Source: Euglena gracilis
Lineage: Eukaryota
Assembly (NCBI GenBank): GCA_039621445.1
Contig: CP154954.1
Location: forward strand, 34,891,703-34,955,702
Length of the DNA: 64,000 nucleotides
Reading direction: 5' to 3'
Below are positions 36,834-48,614 of the stretch, one piece after another; positions within the stretch are counted from its first letter, which is position 1; each line of letters opens with the position of its first letter. Both the position numbers and the translations under genes were made by a program. The notes under the pieces are model-generated. The model was given only the letters and a program-made list of their open reading frames with translations. It searched no databases and was not told where the DNA came from.

Positions 36834-39800
36834 ACCCCCCCCCGCCCCCCCGCCCCCCCGCCCTCCCCCCCCTGGGTAGGTCCGGAAACCCCGGGATTAT
36901 CGATGTGACTGGATTTCCGGGCCCCCAAAGTGAATGGCCTATAGGTTAGGAAACGATCCCTAGTACCTCCAGAGCCCTTCGGTTACCCGCAACTCCCCGC
37001 CAGTCCGGAGATATGGCCCGAGCAAAAAAGTTGTCTACCGTTTTTTTTCTGGGGAAATTGCAGGGTCATTTTGGGACATTTCAAAAAATCGAAAATTTCA
37101 AAATATCTCGAAAACGCCGCAGAGTTGAGAAAAAGTGAAGAGGACGTCGTTCCACAACTTTGGGACGCCTGATCGATCGGTATGCGCGGTTTGGGCCAAC
37201 TCCCCGCCTAGCCCGAGATACGGCCGTTTTGTGGTTTTGGGCCAGTTTGGCCAGTTTTGGCCGTTTCGGGCCCGTTCGGGGCCCGAAACCATAAATTGCC
37301 CATATCTCGGGCTAGACGGGGAGTTGGGACCCAAACCAGGGGGTCAAACATTAGGTTTAGGGGGGGGGGTTGACCCCCTAACCAAAGTGGAGTACGTGCC
37401 TGGCGGGCGCTTGGTGGCCGGCGTCGTAAACAAGGTAAGTCCCGCCAGGCTCCGGCCACCTCCACATACACAGACAAAATGAGCCAGAGGCGAACAACAG
37501 CGCCAGGCCAGAAGAAGGGATAAAAGGCACCAAAAAAACAGCCACAGTGCACACAGGGGGGTTTTGACCGTTTTTTGGGGTTCCCGGGGTCTGGTTGCGC
37601 CATTTTGGGCCAGTTTTGGGTGTTCGGGGACCCATGCGGGGGTTCGAGGGCAGCCGGGCTGGGGTCCAAAAATCGAAAAATTCAGAATATCTCGAAAACG
37701 CTGCGGAGTTGAGGAAAAGTGATGGCGACCTTATTTAACGACCTTGGAACGCCCGATCGATCGGTATGCGCGGTTTGGGCCAACTCCTCGCCTAGCCCGA
37801 GATACGGCCGTTTTGGGGTTTTTGGGCCAGTTTGGCCAGTTCTGGCCATTTCGGGGCCGAAACCGTAAATTGGCCGTATCTCGGGCTAGACGGGGAGTTG
37901 GAACCCAAACCAGGGGGTCAAACATTAGGTTTAGGGGGAGGGTTTGACCGTTTTTTGGGGTTCCCGGGGTCTGGTTGCGCGATTTTGGGCCAGTTTTGGG
38001 TATTCGGGGACCCCTGCAGGCACCGTGAGGGCAGCTGGGCGAGGGGGGTCGGGTGGCAGGTCGGGACCCAAAATTTTGAAAAAAATTTTTCGCCCAAAAA
38101 CACTTTTTTCACTTCAGAACATCAAAAAAAGTGTTTTTGGGCGAAAAAAATTTTCCGCCCCGGCCCCCCCCCCAAGCCCCCCCCCCCCCCGCCACCCCCC
38201 CCCCCCCTGGCCGGCCCGCCCCCTGGCCGGTGGACTTAGCCATTTTTGGGTCAAAAAGTCAAAAAAATTTGAAAAAAAATTTTGCCCCAAAACGATGTTT
38301 TTTGGCCTCCCGGACCCGGAAAGCCTGTGTTTGAGCCCAAAATGAGCGTTTTTTCCCGGGCCGGGCCGGGGTGGTCTCCCAAAGAGCTCAGCTCTACGTC
38401 ACACCCTGGTCGCTGAGCTCTTATCTCTTTAGAGTAAGAGCGAAGCTTACCACCCCGGCGATGGGGGGGGTCGGACCCCCCCCCCCCCCCCCCCCCCCCC
38501 CGCCCTCCCCCCCCCCTGGGTAGGTCCGGAAACCCCGGGATTATCGATGTGAGTGGATTTCGTGGCCCCCAAAATGAATGGCCTATAGGTTAGGGGACGA
38601 TCCCTAGTACCTCCAGAGCCCTTCGGTTACCCACAACTCCCCGCCAGTCCGGAGATGTGGCCCGAGCAAAAAAGTTGTCTACCGTTTTTTTTTCTGGGGA
38701 AATTGCAGGGTCATTTTGGGGTCAAAAAATCGAAAATTTCAAAATATCTCGAAAACGCCGCAGAGTTGAGAAAAAGTGAAGAGGATGTCGTTCCACAACT
38801 TTGGGACGCCCGATCGATCGGTATGCGCGGTTTGGGCCGACTCCTCGCCTAGCCCAAGATACGGCCGTTTTGCGGTTTTTGGGCCAGTTTTGCCATTTTT
38901 GGCCATTTCGGGCCCGTTCGGGACCCGAAACCGTAATTTGCCCGTATCTCGGGCTAGATGAGGAGTTGGAACCCAAACCAGTGGGTCAATCATTAGGTTT
39001 AGGGGGGGGGTTGACCGTTTTTTGGGGTTCCCGGGGTCTGGTTGTGCGATTTTGGGCCATTTTTAGGTATTCGGGGACAGGGCTGCCGGGCTGGGGTCAA
39101 AAAATCGAAAAATTCAAAATATCTCGAAAACGCTGTGGAGTTGAGGAAAAGTAAAGCGGACATCCCTCCACAACTTTTGGACGCCCTATCGATCGGTGTG
39201 CGCGGTTTGGGCCGACTCCTCGCCTAGCCCGAGATATGGCCGTTTTGGGGTTTTGGGCCAGTTTTGGCCATTTTGGGCCTGTTTGGGCTCGAAACCGTAC
39301 ATTGGCCGTATCTCGGGCTAGACGAGGAGTTGGGACCCAAACCAGGGGTCAATCATTAGGTTTAGGGGGGGTTTTGACCGTTTTTTGGGGTTCCCGGGGT
39401 CTGGTTGCGCGATTTTGGGCCAGTTTTGGGTATTCGGGGACCCCTGCAGGCGCCGTGAGGGCGGCTGGGCGAGGGGGGGTCGGGAGGCAGGTCGGGACCC
39501 AAAAGTTTGAAAAAAAAATTTTCGCTCAAAAATACTTTTTTTCACTTCAGAACATCAAAAAAAGTGTTTTTGAGCGAAAAAAAATTTTCCGACCCGGACC
39601 CCCCCCCCATTCCCCCCGTGGCTGCGGCCCACCCGTCTGGCCGGTGGACTTAGCCACTTTTGGGTCAAAAAGTCAAAAAAATTCAAAAAAAATTTTGCCC
39701 AAAAACATGTTTTTTGACCTCCCGGACCCGGAAAAAGTGTTTTCGAGCCAAAAATGAACGTTTTTCGACCCGCCAGCCCCCCGTTTTGGTCCGCCAACCC

Positions 39801-40230
39801 ATTGACTTTGGGTCAAAACCGGGTCAAAAAAGTCGAAAAAAAATCGAAAAAAATTTTTGCCCAAAACGCTGTTTTTTTGGCCTCCGGAACCCAGAAACCC
39901 CGTTTTTTTTAGCCAAAAATGAGCGATTTTTGACCCCTTGGCCTCTCGTTTCGGGCCCAAAACCTTTGCATTTCAGTCCAAAGAGCTTTTACGGAGTGGC
40001 TGGGCCGGGCCGCCGGGTCGCCGGCCGGGCCGAGCCGGGCCGGGCCGCCGGGCCGCCGAGCCGGGCCGGGCCGTCGGACCGCCGGGCCGCCTGGCCAGAC
40101 CGCCGGGCCGCCTGGCCGGGCCGGGCCGCCGTGCCGCCGGGCCGCCGGCCGGGCCGGGCCGGGACGGGCCGCCGAGCCGGGGTGGTCTTCCAAAGAGCTC
40201 AGCTCTACGTCACACCCTGGTCTCTGAGCT
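36628..40230 (+). mobile_element. Two head-to-tail diverged ~1.8-kb non-coding elements with hairpin-bearing asymmetric ends
   Basis: Units start at 36628 and 38408 with GGTCGCTGAGCTCTTA..TAAGAGCGAAGCTTACCACC and end with CCGGGGTGGT..AAGAGCTCAGCTCTACGTCACACCCT. Internal subrepeats contain GATCGATCGGTATGCGCGG. Confidence 0.65.
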
Positions 40231-40366
40231 GTGAACAGGGTTCTTTTAGTCGTGGACCCCCCCCCGGGGGGTGGGTGGGTCCGGCCAAGCCCCCCCCAGG
40301 GCAGAACGGGAACGCCTGGTGGGGGGGGGGGGGGGCCGCCCCCCCCTACCCGGGAGGTGGGGGGAC

Positions 40367-40790
40367 CAGGCTTTTGCTTAAGGACCCCGGGGGGGGGGTA
40401 CTGACTAGCCAATCGACTAGACACTGGAAAAATGGACCAGCTAGACCCCCTCCCCGGGGGGGGGGGGGGTCCGGGGTCCCCCCAAAAAAATTTTCCTCCA
40501 GCGCTGCGCGCCGGAGGAAAAATGAGGTTTTTAACAGGTTTTTGGCTGATTTTGTTCCAAAAAAATCCCAAAAATGGCCAAAAACGGCCATTTTTGGCCA
40601 TTTTTGGGGGTCCCAAAAATTTTTTGGCGCTTCGCGCCGGTCACTGGAAAAAAAAATTTCCACTAGCTAGCCCTGCTAGCAGACCCCTCCCGGGGGGGTC
40701 TGCTAGAAAACCCACTAGCCAAATTTGGACCAGCTGCAGTCCAGCCCCCCCCCCCCCGGGGGGTACTGCAATCCCTTAAGCAAAAGCCTG
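40367..40790. mobile_element. hAT-like MITE
   Basis: TIR CAGGCTTTTGCTTAAGG with an 8-bp TSD GGGGGGAC. Confidence 0.85.
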
Positions 40791-41606
40791 GGGGGGACCC
40801 CCCCCCCACCCACCACAGCATTTTCACCGATTTCAGGAAACGGCCGATGTCAGGAAAACGGGGGTTTTGGCCAGAAATTTTTTGAATTTTTTTTGAAAAA
40901 TGAACCCAAAACACATGATTTTTTGATGGAAAACCACATTTTTTTCACAAAAAAAACTCAAAAATTTCAGGATTAAAAATTGGTAGGTTTTAGGAGGGGG
41001 GTGAAAAAAACGAAGATCAAAAAAAGTGTACCAATTTTGGCACAGTCAAATTTTACTGACATTTTTTTCTCGTTGAATTTTTTTGGACTTCCAATGGCAT
41101 TTTTTGCTTCAAAAACCTCTCAAAATCAACATTTTGAGAAAGTGTTGAATTTTTGGAAGGTGTGAAAAAATGGGGTTTTGGGTGGTTTTGGGGGGGGGGC
41201 ACCCTTTTTGGGTCCCAAAATGGGTCAAAAAAAAAACACCCAGCGCCGAAGGCACCAGAAAAATTCTTTCGGGTCCAAAAGTTGGTGCTCCCGGAAATAC
41301 GGGAAGAGGTGGTGGGGGGGTCAACCCCCCCACCCAACATGCAGGGGGTGGGGAGGGGGTCGACCCCCTCCCTGGCTGTTCGGCCGATTCCCGTTCTGCC
41401 CTGCCCCCCTCCCCTGGGGGAGTTCCCCCAGGGGGGAGTGGGATTAACCTCCCCCCTGTGCTGTGCCCCCAGTGCTGCGGGGCCAACAGAGCTGCGGGTG
41501 CAACTAGTGCTGCACCCCCCGCCGGATAAAGCGAGCGTCCAACAGTGCTGCACCCCACCCCAAATCACAGCAATGTGAAATGCGTAGAATCTGGTGCAAC
41601 CTACTG

Positions 41607-42714
41607 CAGGGTTTCCCTCCCATTCGTGGTGGGGACCGCCATTTCTGATTCGTGATTATTCGTGATTATTCGTGATTATTCGTGATTATTCGTGATTATT
41701 CGTGGTTCCAAAAAATCCGCCCGGTTTTCAGCTAAATGATGGACTGCTGAGATGCCCGCAGGAAGCAGGGCGGTCCTTAAGCAAAAAAAAAATCCCGCCC
41801 CGACACATCCAATGAAAAATCCATAGGGAAAAATGACCAAAAAAAGTGGCGCTATTTTGGCAAAAAAACGGGTCGACTTCGGGAAAAAAAGTGATTTCTG
41901 ACACCCTTGAATCGTCGTCCATCCACCCAAAACGTTAAAAAGTGTGTGTTTCGACTTTTTGAATTTGGACTCCGTTCAAATCCCTGGTCGCCCTTCGCCG
42001 GCCTTGGTCGACCCTTAGGCCGGGGGGTGGTCCTTAACAGGAAAAAAAAACTTCCCGTCCCTTATGGACCGCCCTAGCAGCAGGGCGTTGCTTAAGGACC
42101 CCCTTTGGCCCATTTTTGGCCCCTTTGGGCAATTTTTGGTGACTTTTGGCCATTTTTGCCCTTCTTTTGCCAATTTTTTTTGGCTTTTGGCCATTTTGGG
42201 CCACCTTTGGCCATTTTTAGGCCATTTTTGGTCATTTTTGACTGTTTTTGGCCAACTTTTAGCAAGTTTGGCCGAACCAACATCGTATGTATACAAAAAG
42301 ATCACCTCTGACTGGGGGAGAGGGTGGTCGTCAGACAAGCCCAGTCGTTGGACAAGGGGGGGTACACATAGTTGACAACATTGTACCTTTGCATCATCAT
42401 TGTGTGAGCGTTCCATTGTCCAAACAAACCCTTTTTTTGGCTGGAAACATGATTCATCACAGTAGCAGAAAGCAAAGTCGCTCGCGGCCGTGTTGTTGCG
42501 CAACAGTGAAGCGGTCCCCAACCTCATCATCAGAATCCAAAGAAGCGAATGATGAATGACTGCATTTGTCAAGAAAAATAGTTCCCAGGAAAAAAATCTC
42601 ATTCGTGGTTATTCGTGATATTCGTGATTATTCGTGATTTTCGAAAAATTTGAAATTCGTGGTGATTCGTGATTATTTGTGATTATTCGTGCCACGAATC
42701 AGAGGGAATCCCTG
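41607..42714. mobile_element. hAT-like non-autonomous element with (TTCGTGATTA)n subterminal repeats
   Basis: TIR CAGGG(T/A)TTCCCTC. CCTACTG is duplicated on both sides. Confidence 0.75.
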
Positions 42715-43598
42715 CCTACTGCAGGCACCGGAGAGGGGAAAGGGGGAAAATTCCCACCCGAACAACTCATAGAAGTCGTCCGAAGATGAATCACACGACC
42801 TCACTAGCCTCAGAGAGGACATTGAACAGGCAACCAGGGTGCCTGTGGTGATAGGCCGGGACTAAGAGGCACCCAGTCCAATAGTGCGGCGGGTCCAAAT
42901 AATGCTGCACCTCGCCACCGGAGGCGGTCGTCCAATAGAGCTGCGGGTGCAATACTATTTGGGGGGTTATACTTTTCAGCACCGAAGGCGCCGAAAAATT
43001 TTGAAAACCGTGCTATTTTTGGCATTTTTCGCATTTTTTGGCCATTTCAGGAAAATTGAGTGGGTATCCCGGGACCCCCGGGGGGCCCCCAGGGGGTGGG
43101 TGGGTGGGTGGGCCCCCGGTCTTGAAAAAACCCTCCGTTAACATTTCAGAAATTACTGTAAAATACCTGAAAATTACCGCAAATTGCAGGTATAATTTGT
43201 AAATCTCAAATTTCGCCAAATTTGCGATCCTAGTCTTTTCGGCCTTCCATTACGAGCAAGTCCCATTCAGGGCTCAGCATATTCAAAACCTGGTCCAGAC
43301 CCCCTCCGTGTTGGAGTCTGAGCCCCCCCCCCCCAAGGCTTCCAGTAGGGTCCAGCTTAAGAAATAACCTGCAACCCCCCCCGAACCAAGAGGGTGGCGA
43401 ACCCCATCCTTGGGGGCTGAACCTGGGGTGCAATTTAATGTAATAGGGCTGTCACATGCTTCCCGATACCAACTTCAGACTCTGGCTGTCACAATTTAGA
43501 CCTGCAACACCAATTGTTTTTGAGAAAAGGGGGGGGAAGAGAAAAGGCCAACCCACCTTGATTCACCAAAGGATAAAAACAATTCCAGGCAAAAGCAC

Positions 43599-43772
43599 CT
43601 TTCTGTGTTCTGAGCTTGCTTGTTCAATGCTCCATCAACTGTAATGACAATCACAGTTTCCCCCCTCAACAAAACCAGGCCAAGTGTGCGCTTCTCCTCC
43701 TTCTCTTCTTTTGTACCTTTTGAAACGATGGTGCGGAACTCATCAGTATCGGCAAGGACAAGGTTCATATGC
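43599..43772 (-). CDS. SmB: Exon of host snRNP protein SmB (end of Sm1, loop and Sm2 motif)
   Basis: CACTTCAG acceptor and AG|GTGC donor. Encodes [47 protein letters not shown]..., where HMNLVL..EFR and [14 protein letters not shown] are SmB signatures. Confidence 0.85.
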
Positions 43773-43797
43773 CTGAAGTGAGATGGTTGGGGGGGGC

Positions 43798-44264
43798 CAG
43801 GCTTTTGCTTAAGAACCCCGGGGGGGGGGGGGGTACTGGCTAGCCAATCGGCTAGACACTGGAAAAAACAGACTAGCTAGAACCCCCTCCCGGGGGGGGG
43901 GGGGGTCCGGGGGTCCCCCGAACTGGAAAAAAAAATTTTCCTCCAGCGCTGCGCGCCGGAGGAAAAATGAGGTTTTTAATAGGTTTTTGGCTGATTTTGT
44001 TCCAAAAATTCCCAAAAATGGCCAAAAAACGGGCATTTTTGGCCATTTTGGGGGTGCATTTTTGGCCATTTTCGGGGGTCTCCAAAAAAAATTTTCGGCG
44101 CTTCGCACCGGTCACTGGAAAAAAATTCTCCACTAGCTAGCCCTGCTAGCAGACCCCCCCGGGGGGGGTCTGCTAGAAATCCCACTAGCCAAATTTGGAC
44201 TAGCTGCAGTCCAGCCCCCCCCCCCCACTACTGGGGGCACTGCAATCCCTTAAGCAAATGCCTG
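43798..44264. mobile_element. hAT-like MITE, same family as 40367-40790
   Basis: Same CAGGCTTTTGCTTAAG TIR and similar internal sequence. The TSD is not clean. Confidence 0.8.
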
Positions 44265-45587
44265 GAGAGGCAGATGGAAAGAGCAAGTGAGCAAGCAAGC
44301 AAGCAAAAAAAGAGGGAGAGAGACAAAATTCGAAGCCAGCGGGAACAAAATATTTCCGGCGCGAAGCTCCGAATTTGGACCCGAAAAACTGACCCCAAAG
44401 GTGGACTCCAGAGGTGGTCTGGTGGACTCTGGACGCCCAGGTTCCTAAAAAACCCTCTGGTCAACCAGGATTCGCATTTGGATTTGTGTTAAATTTCTCC
44501 CCAAAATTTCTGAGTTCACGAATTTTTTCTGGTCAGAATTATCCTTCAGTGCCAAAAGCATTGAAAGAATTTTTTTTTACGTGGCGCTTCTGGGGGGAGG
44601 GTGTACCCACTCAGCTTGACCCCCCCCCCAGGGGGGACCAACCCACCCACCCACCAACCCACCCACCTCAATCACCAAACTTAAAAAAAATTCTGGGGTC
44701 GTCCTAACCCACCACAGGGGTTTCCTGTACAGCACCAATCAAAACCGGCTGGAAAGTCGCTCGTGTTTTGAAAAAATTCTTCTGGAAATGGGGCTGGGAT
44801 CTGAGCTTCTCATTGTTCGGATGCCCCGTTTTCCCCGGTGGAAAGCTTCGCCCTTATACTGAGGAGATAAAAGTTCAGCGACCCCCCTCCACTTCTGGCT
44901 GGCCCCGGCTTTCCACTGTGCCCGGAACATAGATTCACTTAACACCTGTGTGATCCCTCCCCCGTATGGGTAAGAGCGAAGCTTACCACCTTTTTGACCC
45001 CCCCCCCTGCTTGCCACCCCCTCTCAGGGGCACCTCGGGAGAACCAAGGTTTCCGGTGTGAACCGACTCCCGCCGCGTTGTCGAAATTATCTTGGAGAGA
45101 AATATCCCCCATGGTCTCCCGCATCTGTTGATATATGACATATGAATCCTAATTTTAAATCTGGCCTGTCTTACGCCTGTTTTACTGGGCCCAGGTCCAA
45201 AAAAAAGGGACCGTAAAAAAGGGCGTACTTGCCAACAAGACCCTGCTCCTATTCCTCACGTCGGTTTGGCCAGCTGGGGGGGATGCGCGGTTTGCCCCTC
45301 GCCGTTATGCTAATGCCCACGTACCAGGTATCATACACATAGCACACATTGCAAAGGCACGCTGATCCTGAATTACTTTTTCAGACCGACAGGACCGTAC
45401 TTTTTCACTAACTCCACCGGCATGCCGAGTCGTCCAATGGGCCAGGGAGAAGGACCTGGGGGGTCCGGATTCACCCACCCCTTGAAAGAGGGGGGGCTCG
45501 AGGGGACCACTTTTGGGCTGTCAACTTTGGGGTCCAAAATTTTTTGACTGCTTTGCGCTGAGAATAGAGGAAATCCCTGCCTCTGTA

Positions 45588-45722
45588 TCCCTAACCCTGA
45601 CCCTGACCCTAACCCTAACTCTGGCCCCGACCCTATCCAAAACCGTCTCCCTGACACCCTGACCCTGACTCCATCCATAACCGTATCCCTGACCCTGACT
45701 CAAAGCCTGACCTAAACCTAAA
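45588..45722 (+). repeat. Degenerate interstitial telomere-like repeat (CCCTAA/CCCTGA)n
   Basis: CCCTAACCCTGACCCTGACCCTAACCCTAA followed by decayed hexamers. Confidence 0.65.
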
Positions 45723-45744
45723 GCAAAGCCTCCATGGGGTAAAC

Positions 45745-46092
45745 CAGGGTTCGATATAAGGACAGGGGGGGGGTGGGGGACACCCCCCCACCTAAACAGT
45801 TGCGCGGTCTGGGTTACCGAAATTTTTTGACCCCCCAAAACGACCAAAAGTGCCATTTTGGGCACTTTTTGGGCAAAAATGTGCCAAAAATGCAAAAAAA
45901 ATTCGGCGCGAAGCGCCGGAGGAAAAAAATTGACCCTTTTTGGGGGGGTCCCGGGAACCCCCCGAGGGTCGGTCCGGACCCCCCTGGCAGGTGGGGGGGG
46001 GTCCAGACCCCCCCCTGCGGGCCAGGAGGGGGGGGGGTGGGGGGGGACCCCCCCCACCTAAACCATGTACGCCCTCCTTAAATCAAACCCTG
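45745..46092. mobile_element. hAT-like MITE
   Basis: TIR CAGGGTT(C/T)GAT(A/T)TAAGGA with an 8-bp TSD GGGTAAAC/GCGTAAAC. Confidence 0.75.
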
Positions 46093-47914
46093 GCGTAAAC
46101 ACCACAAGCAAATTTCCTGGATAGACCAAATCTCTAACCCTGACCCGACAGCCAAAAGAAAAAATGACCCACGGGAGGAGCGTTGTTCATTTTTTTTGAC
46201 TTCAGATTTTTATATTGGGTGTATTTCTACTCATGTTCATTTGGGCACTGTTCTCACCACAAAAAAAATCAAATTTAAGCTTATTTAAGGTTTTGCAAAT
46301 GATGGGGACATCGCTCCCACCTGTCGAAAAATACCCTTAACAACTGATTTTGGCAGTGTCCACTGCCAGAAAACATGCTAAATTGGACGTTTCCGATGTA
46401 ATTGCATGCGTCAAAGAGAGATGGCACAGAAACCTGCGAAAATCCCAGAGAAGACACATTGTCCATCGTGCAATCACTTCCAGCCGAAACCCAGATGAGA
46501 CATCTGCTTTTTTCATCAACTTTAAAATTCATGATGACTCACTGCCAGTGTTCAAGGAAAGAGATTGGTTATTTGTTGCACAGATTATATACAACCTCAC
46601 AGAAGAAATGACCGATGGGACCGTCGGTCAAGATGATCGCTTTGATCCTTGAGGAGGTGTTTTGTGAGCCCCTTCTGAGTGGTCATTCCAGGGTGCCCCA
46701 TATACTGTACCAACTGATTACTGCCCAGCATTTGTCCTGGGGCACAGAACACACAGGTGGATTTGGAAAATATGCTGCCTGGATTCCAGAATACATATAA
46801 TACGTCACAGATTTGACACATCCTTTCCTTCACACTCATGAGGAATGTGCTAAAGCATTCTTGATGGCATACTGGCATGCCAGCAAGAATTACATTACTC
46901 AGAAGCACTAGAATTACATTACTCAGAAGCACTGAGAATCAATCATGGCCATGAAGACTGATGGTTTCTTACTGATGACTTACTTGCAGAGGCTCCCAAA
47001 GAGCAGTGTGTGCAACTGGGCCTGCATTGCGTGGCGTGAACCTGCTCACAGTGTTCAAGAAGCTCAAAAAGACTCCAACAAACATGCCATTGTTTGTCAT
47101 ATCTGATGATGATGGCAATAAACAATTTCATTTCAAAAATTTCAACTTTCAAACAGGCTGCACTGAGAGGGGCAAGCTGTGTTTTGATGCTTATGATTCA
47201 AACAAAACATATGCTGAGTTGGAAACAATATTGGAATCCATGTTTTCACATGGGTCATTATCTGCATTGTGGCTGAAGAGAAGAGCACGTGGTCAGAAAA
47301 CAGACTGCGACCAGTAAGACGTTGGTTTCTTAAGTTTGTCGGAAATTGCCACGGAGTCTCAAGATATCAAATTCTTTCAAAAGATTGATATGCTCGCCCA
47401 CACAATATTTCCTCACAGACAATGTTTTGAAACAACTACGACAGGTTAAAGCACGATACCGTTATTTGGGTGCGGTTTTGATGGGGCTGTTGCATCGTGT
47501 ATTGAATATTATTTGTTCATGGGAAACCGGGAAATTAATGCACGCGTTGTGGGATCAGTCGGTTGATTGAAGATGGGAAATCAAACACACATATGGATGT
47601 TGTGGTGGTGGCATCAAAAAACAGGCCATGTTTCTGTTGTGTTTGTTTCCATGTTTCTGCAGCTCTCATTCCAATCACAGCTTCTTGTTGCAATGTCGAG
47701 CATAAAGGGAGAAAGCACTCTTCGGCATTTGCCAAGCGATGTCCTCTGTGTTACTTCTCCCTTCCCTGCGTTTTGATTTTCCCAGAGGGGTTCTATTTCC
47801 CAGGCTAGCACAAGTTGTATGAGTATGTGAAAGTCTTCATCATTTGCAAGTTTGCCAGCCATGATGGTCAGAAAGGTGGGCTGGGGTGGCATTGTTTTGA
47901 GATTATTGAGAATA

Positions 47915-48185
47915 TTGAGAATGTGTGGGCCCTCCGTGAGAGTCCAGGACAGCCACAATGCGGCTGGGCATGTATTCACACAAAACCCCAATTTGCTGGG
48001 GAGCAACATCTGTGAAAGCGCACTGGAGTGTAGACCACAGTGTGCTTCGGTTAGAAAAATGAAGCTTTCCAGCTTTTGGTCACCAACGGCCACATGTGCT
48101 TGGGTTCAGGTAGGGGTTCATCGGAGGCCATGTGCCAGGTTCGTTTTTTTCCAGACCCTACAAGGGTAAAATTGGTGTGGGGGAG
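47915..48185 (-). pseudogene. Tc1/mariner (IS630 superfamily) transposase C-terminal remnant
   Basis: Degenerate WPPMNPYLNP..HMWPLV and MPSRIVAVLDSHGGPTH. Confidence 0.7.
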
Positions 48186-48389
48186 TTCATGCACACATAC
48201 ACACATGCAAACATCACGCACACCCCCACATGCACGCACATCACGCACACACAGTCGCACATGCACGCACAAGCACACATGCCTGCCTGCACGCATTCAT
48301 AAACCTACAGATCGCATATTGACACATTCTTTTTTACAACTGAATGCATTTGTTGCTGGTGACCAAATTATCGCAGCCATGAGATTGCT

Positions 48390-48614
48390 GAACACCCCCA
48401 CACCAATTTTACCCTTATGAGCCCCGACCTGAACCCAATCGAGCACAAATGGCCGTTGGTGACCAAAGCCGGAAAGTTTCATTTTCTCCAACCGAAACAC
48501 ACTGTGGTCTGCACTCCAGTGCGCTTTCACAGCAAATTGGGGTTTTGTGTGAATCCATATTCAGCCGCATTGTGGCTGTCGTGGACTCTCTATGGAGGGC
48601 CCACACATTATTGA
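48390..48614 (+). pseudogene. Tc1/mariner transposase C-terminal remnant (inverted second copy)
   Basis: SPDLNPIEHKW signature and terminal SRIVAVVD..GGPTHY*. Confidence 0.8.

Noticed and set aside
36745-36872. Poly-Pro/poly-Gly ORFs, plus the GGCCG-repeat ORF near 40000-40180
   Set aside because: Homopolymer and simple-repeat tracts within non-coding elements.
42819-43632. Nonconventional stem-loop intron in SmB (CATTGAACAAGCAA pairing with TTGCCTGTTCAATG)
   Set aside because: A conventional AG|GTGC donor at 43598 gives the correct phase with the next exon, and the alternative junctions give stops or non-SmB sequence.
46316-46345. Candidate upstream SmB exon ending TTCGACAG|GTGGGA (would give FDR-HMN)
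   Set aside because: The phase fits, but upstream residues do not resemble the SmB Sm1 motif. Not supportable without transcripts.
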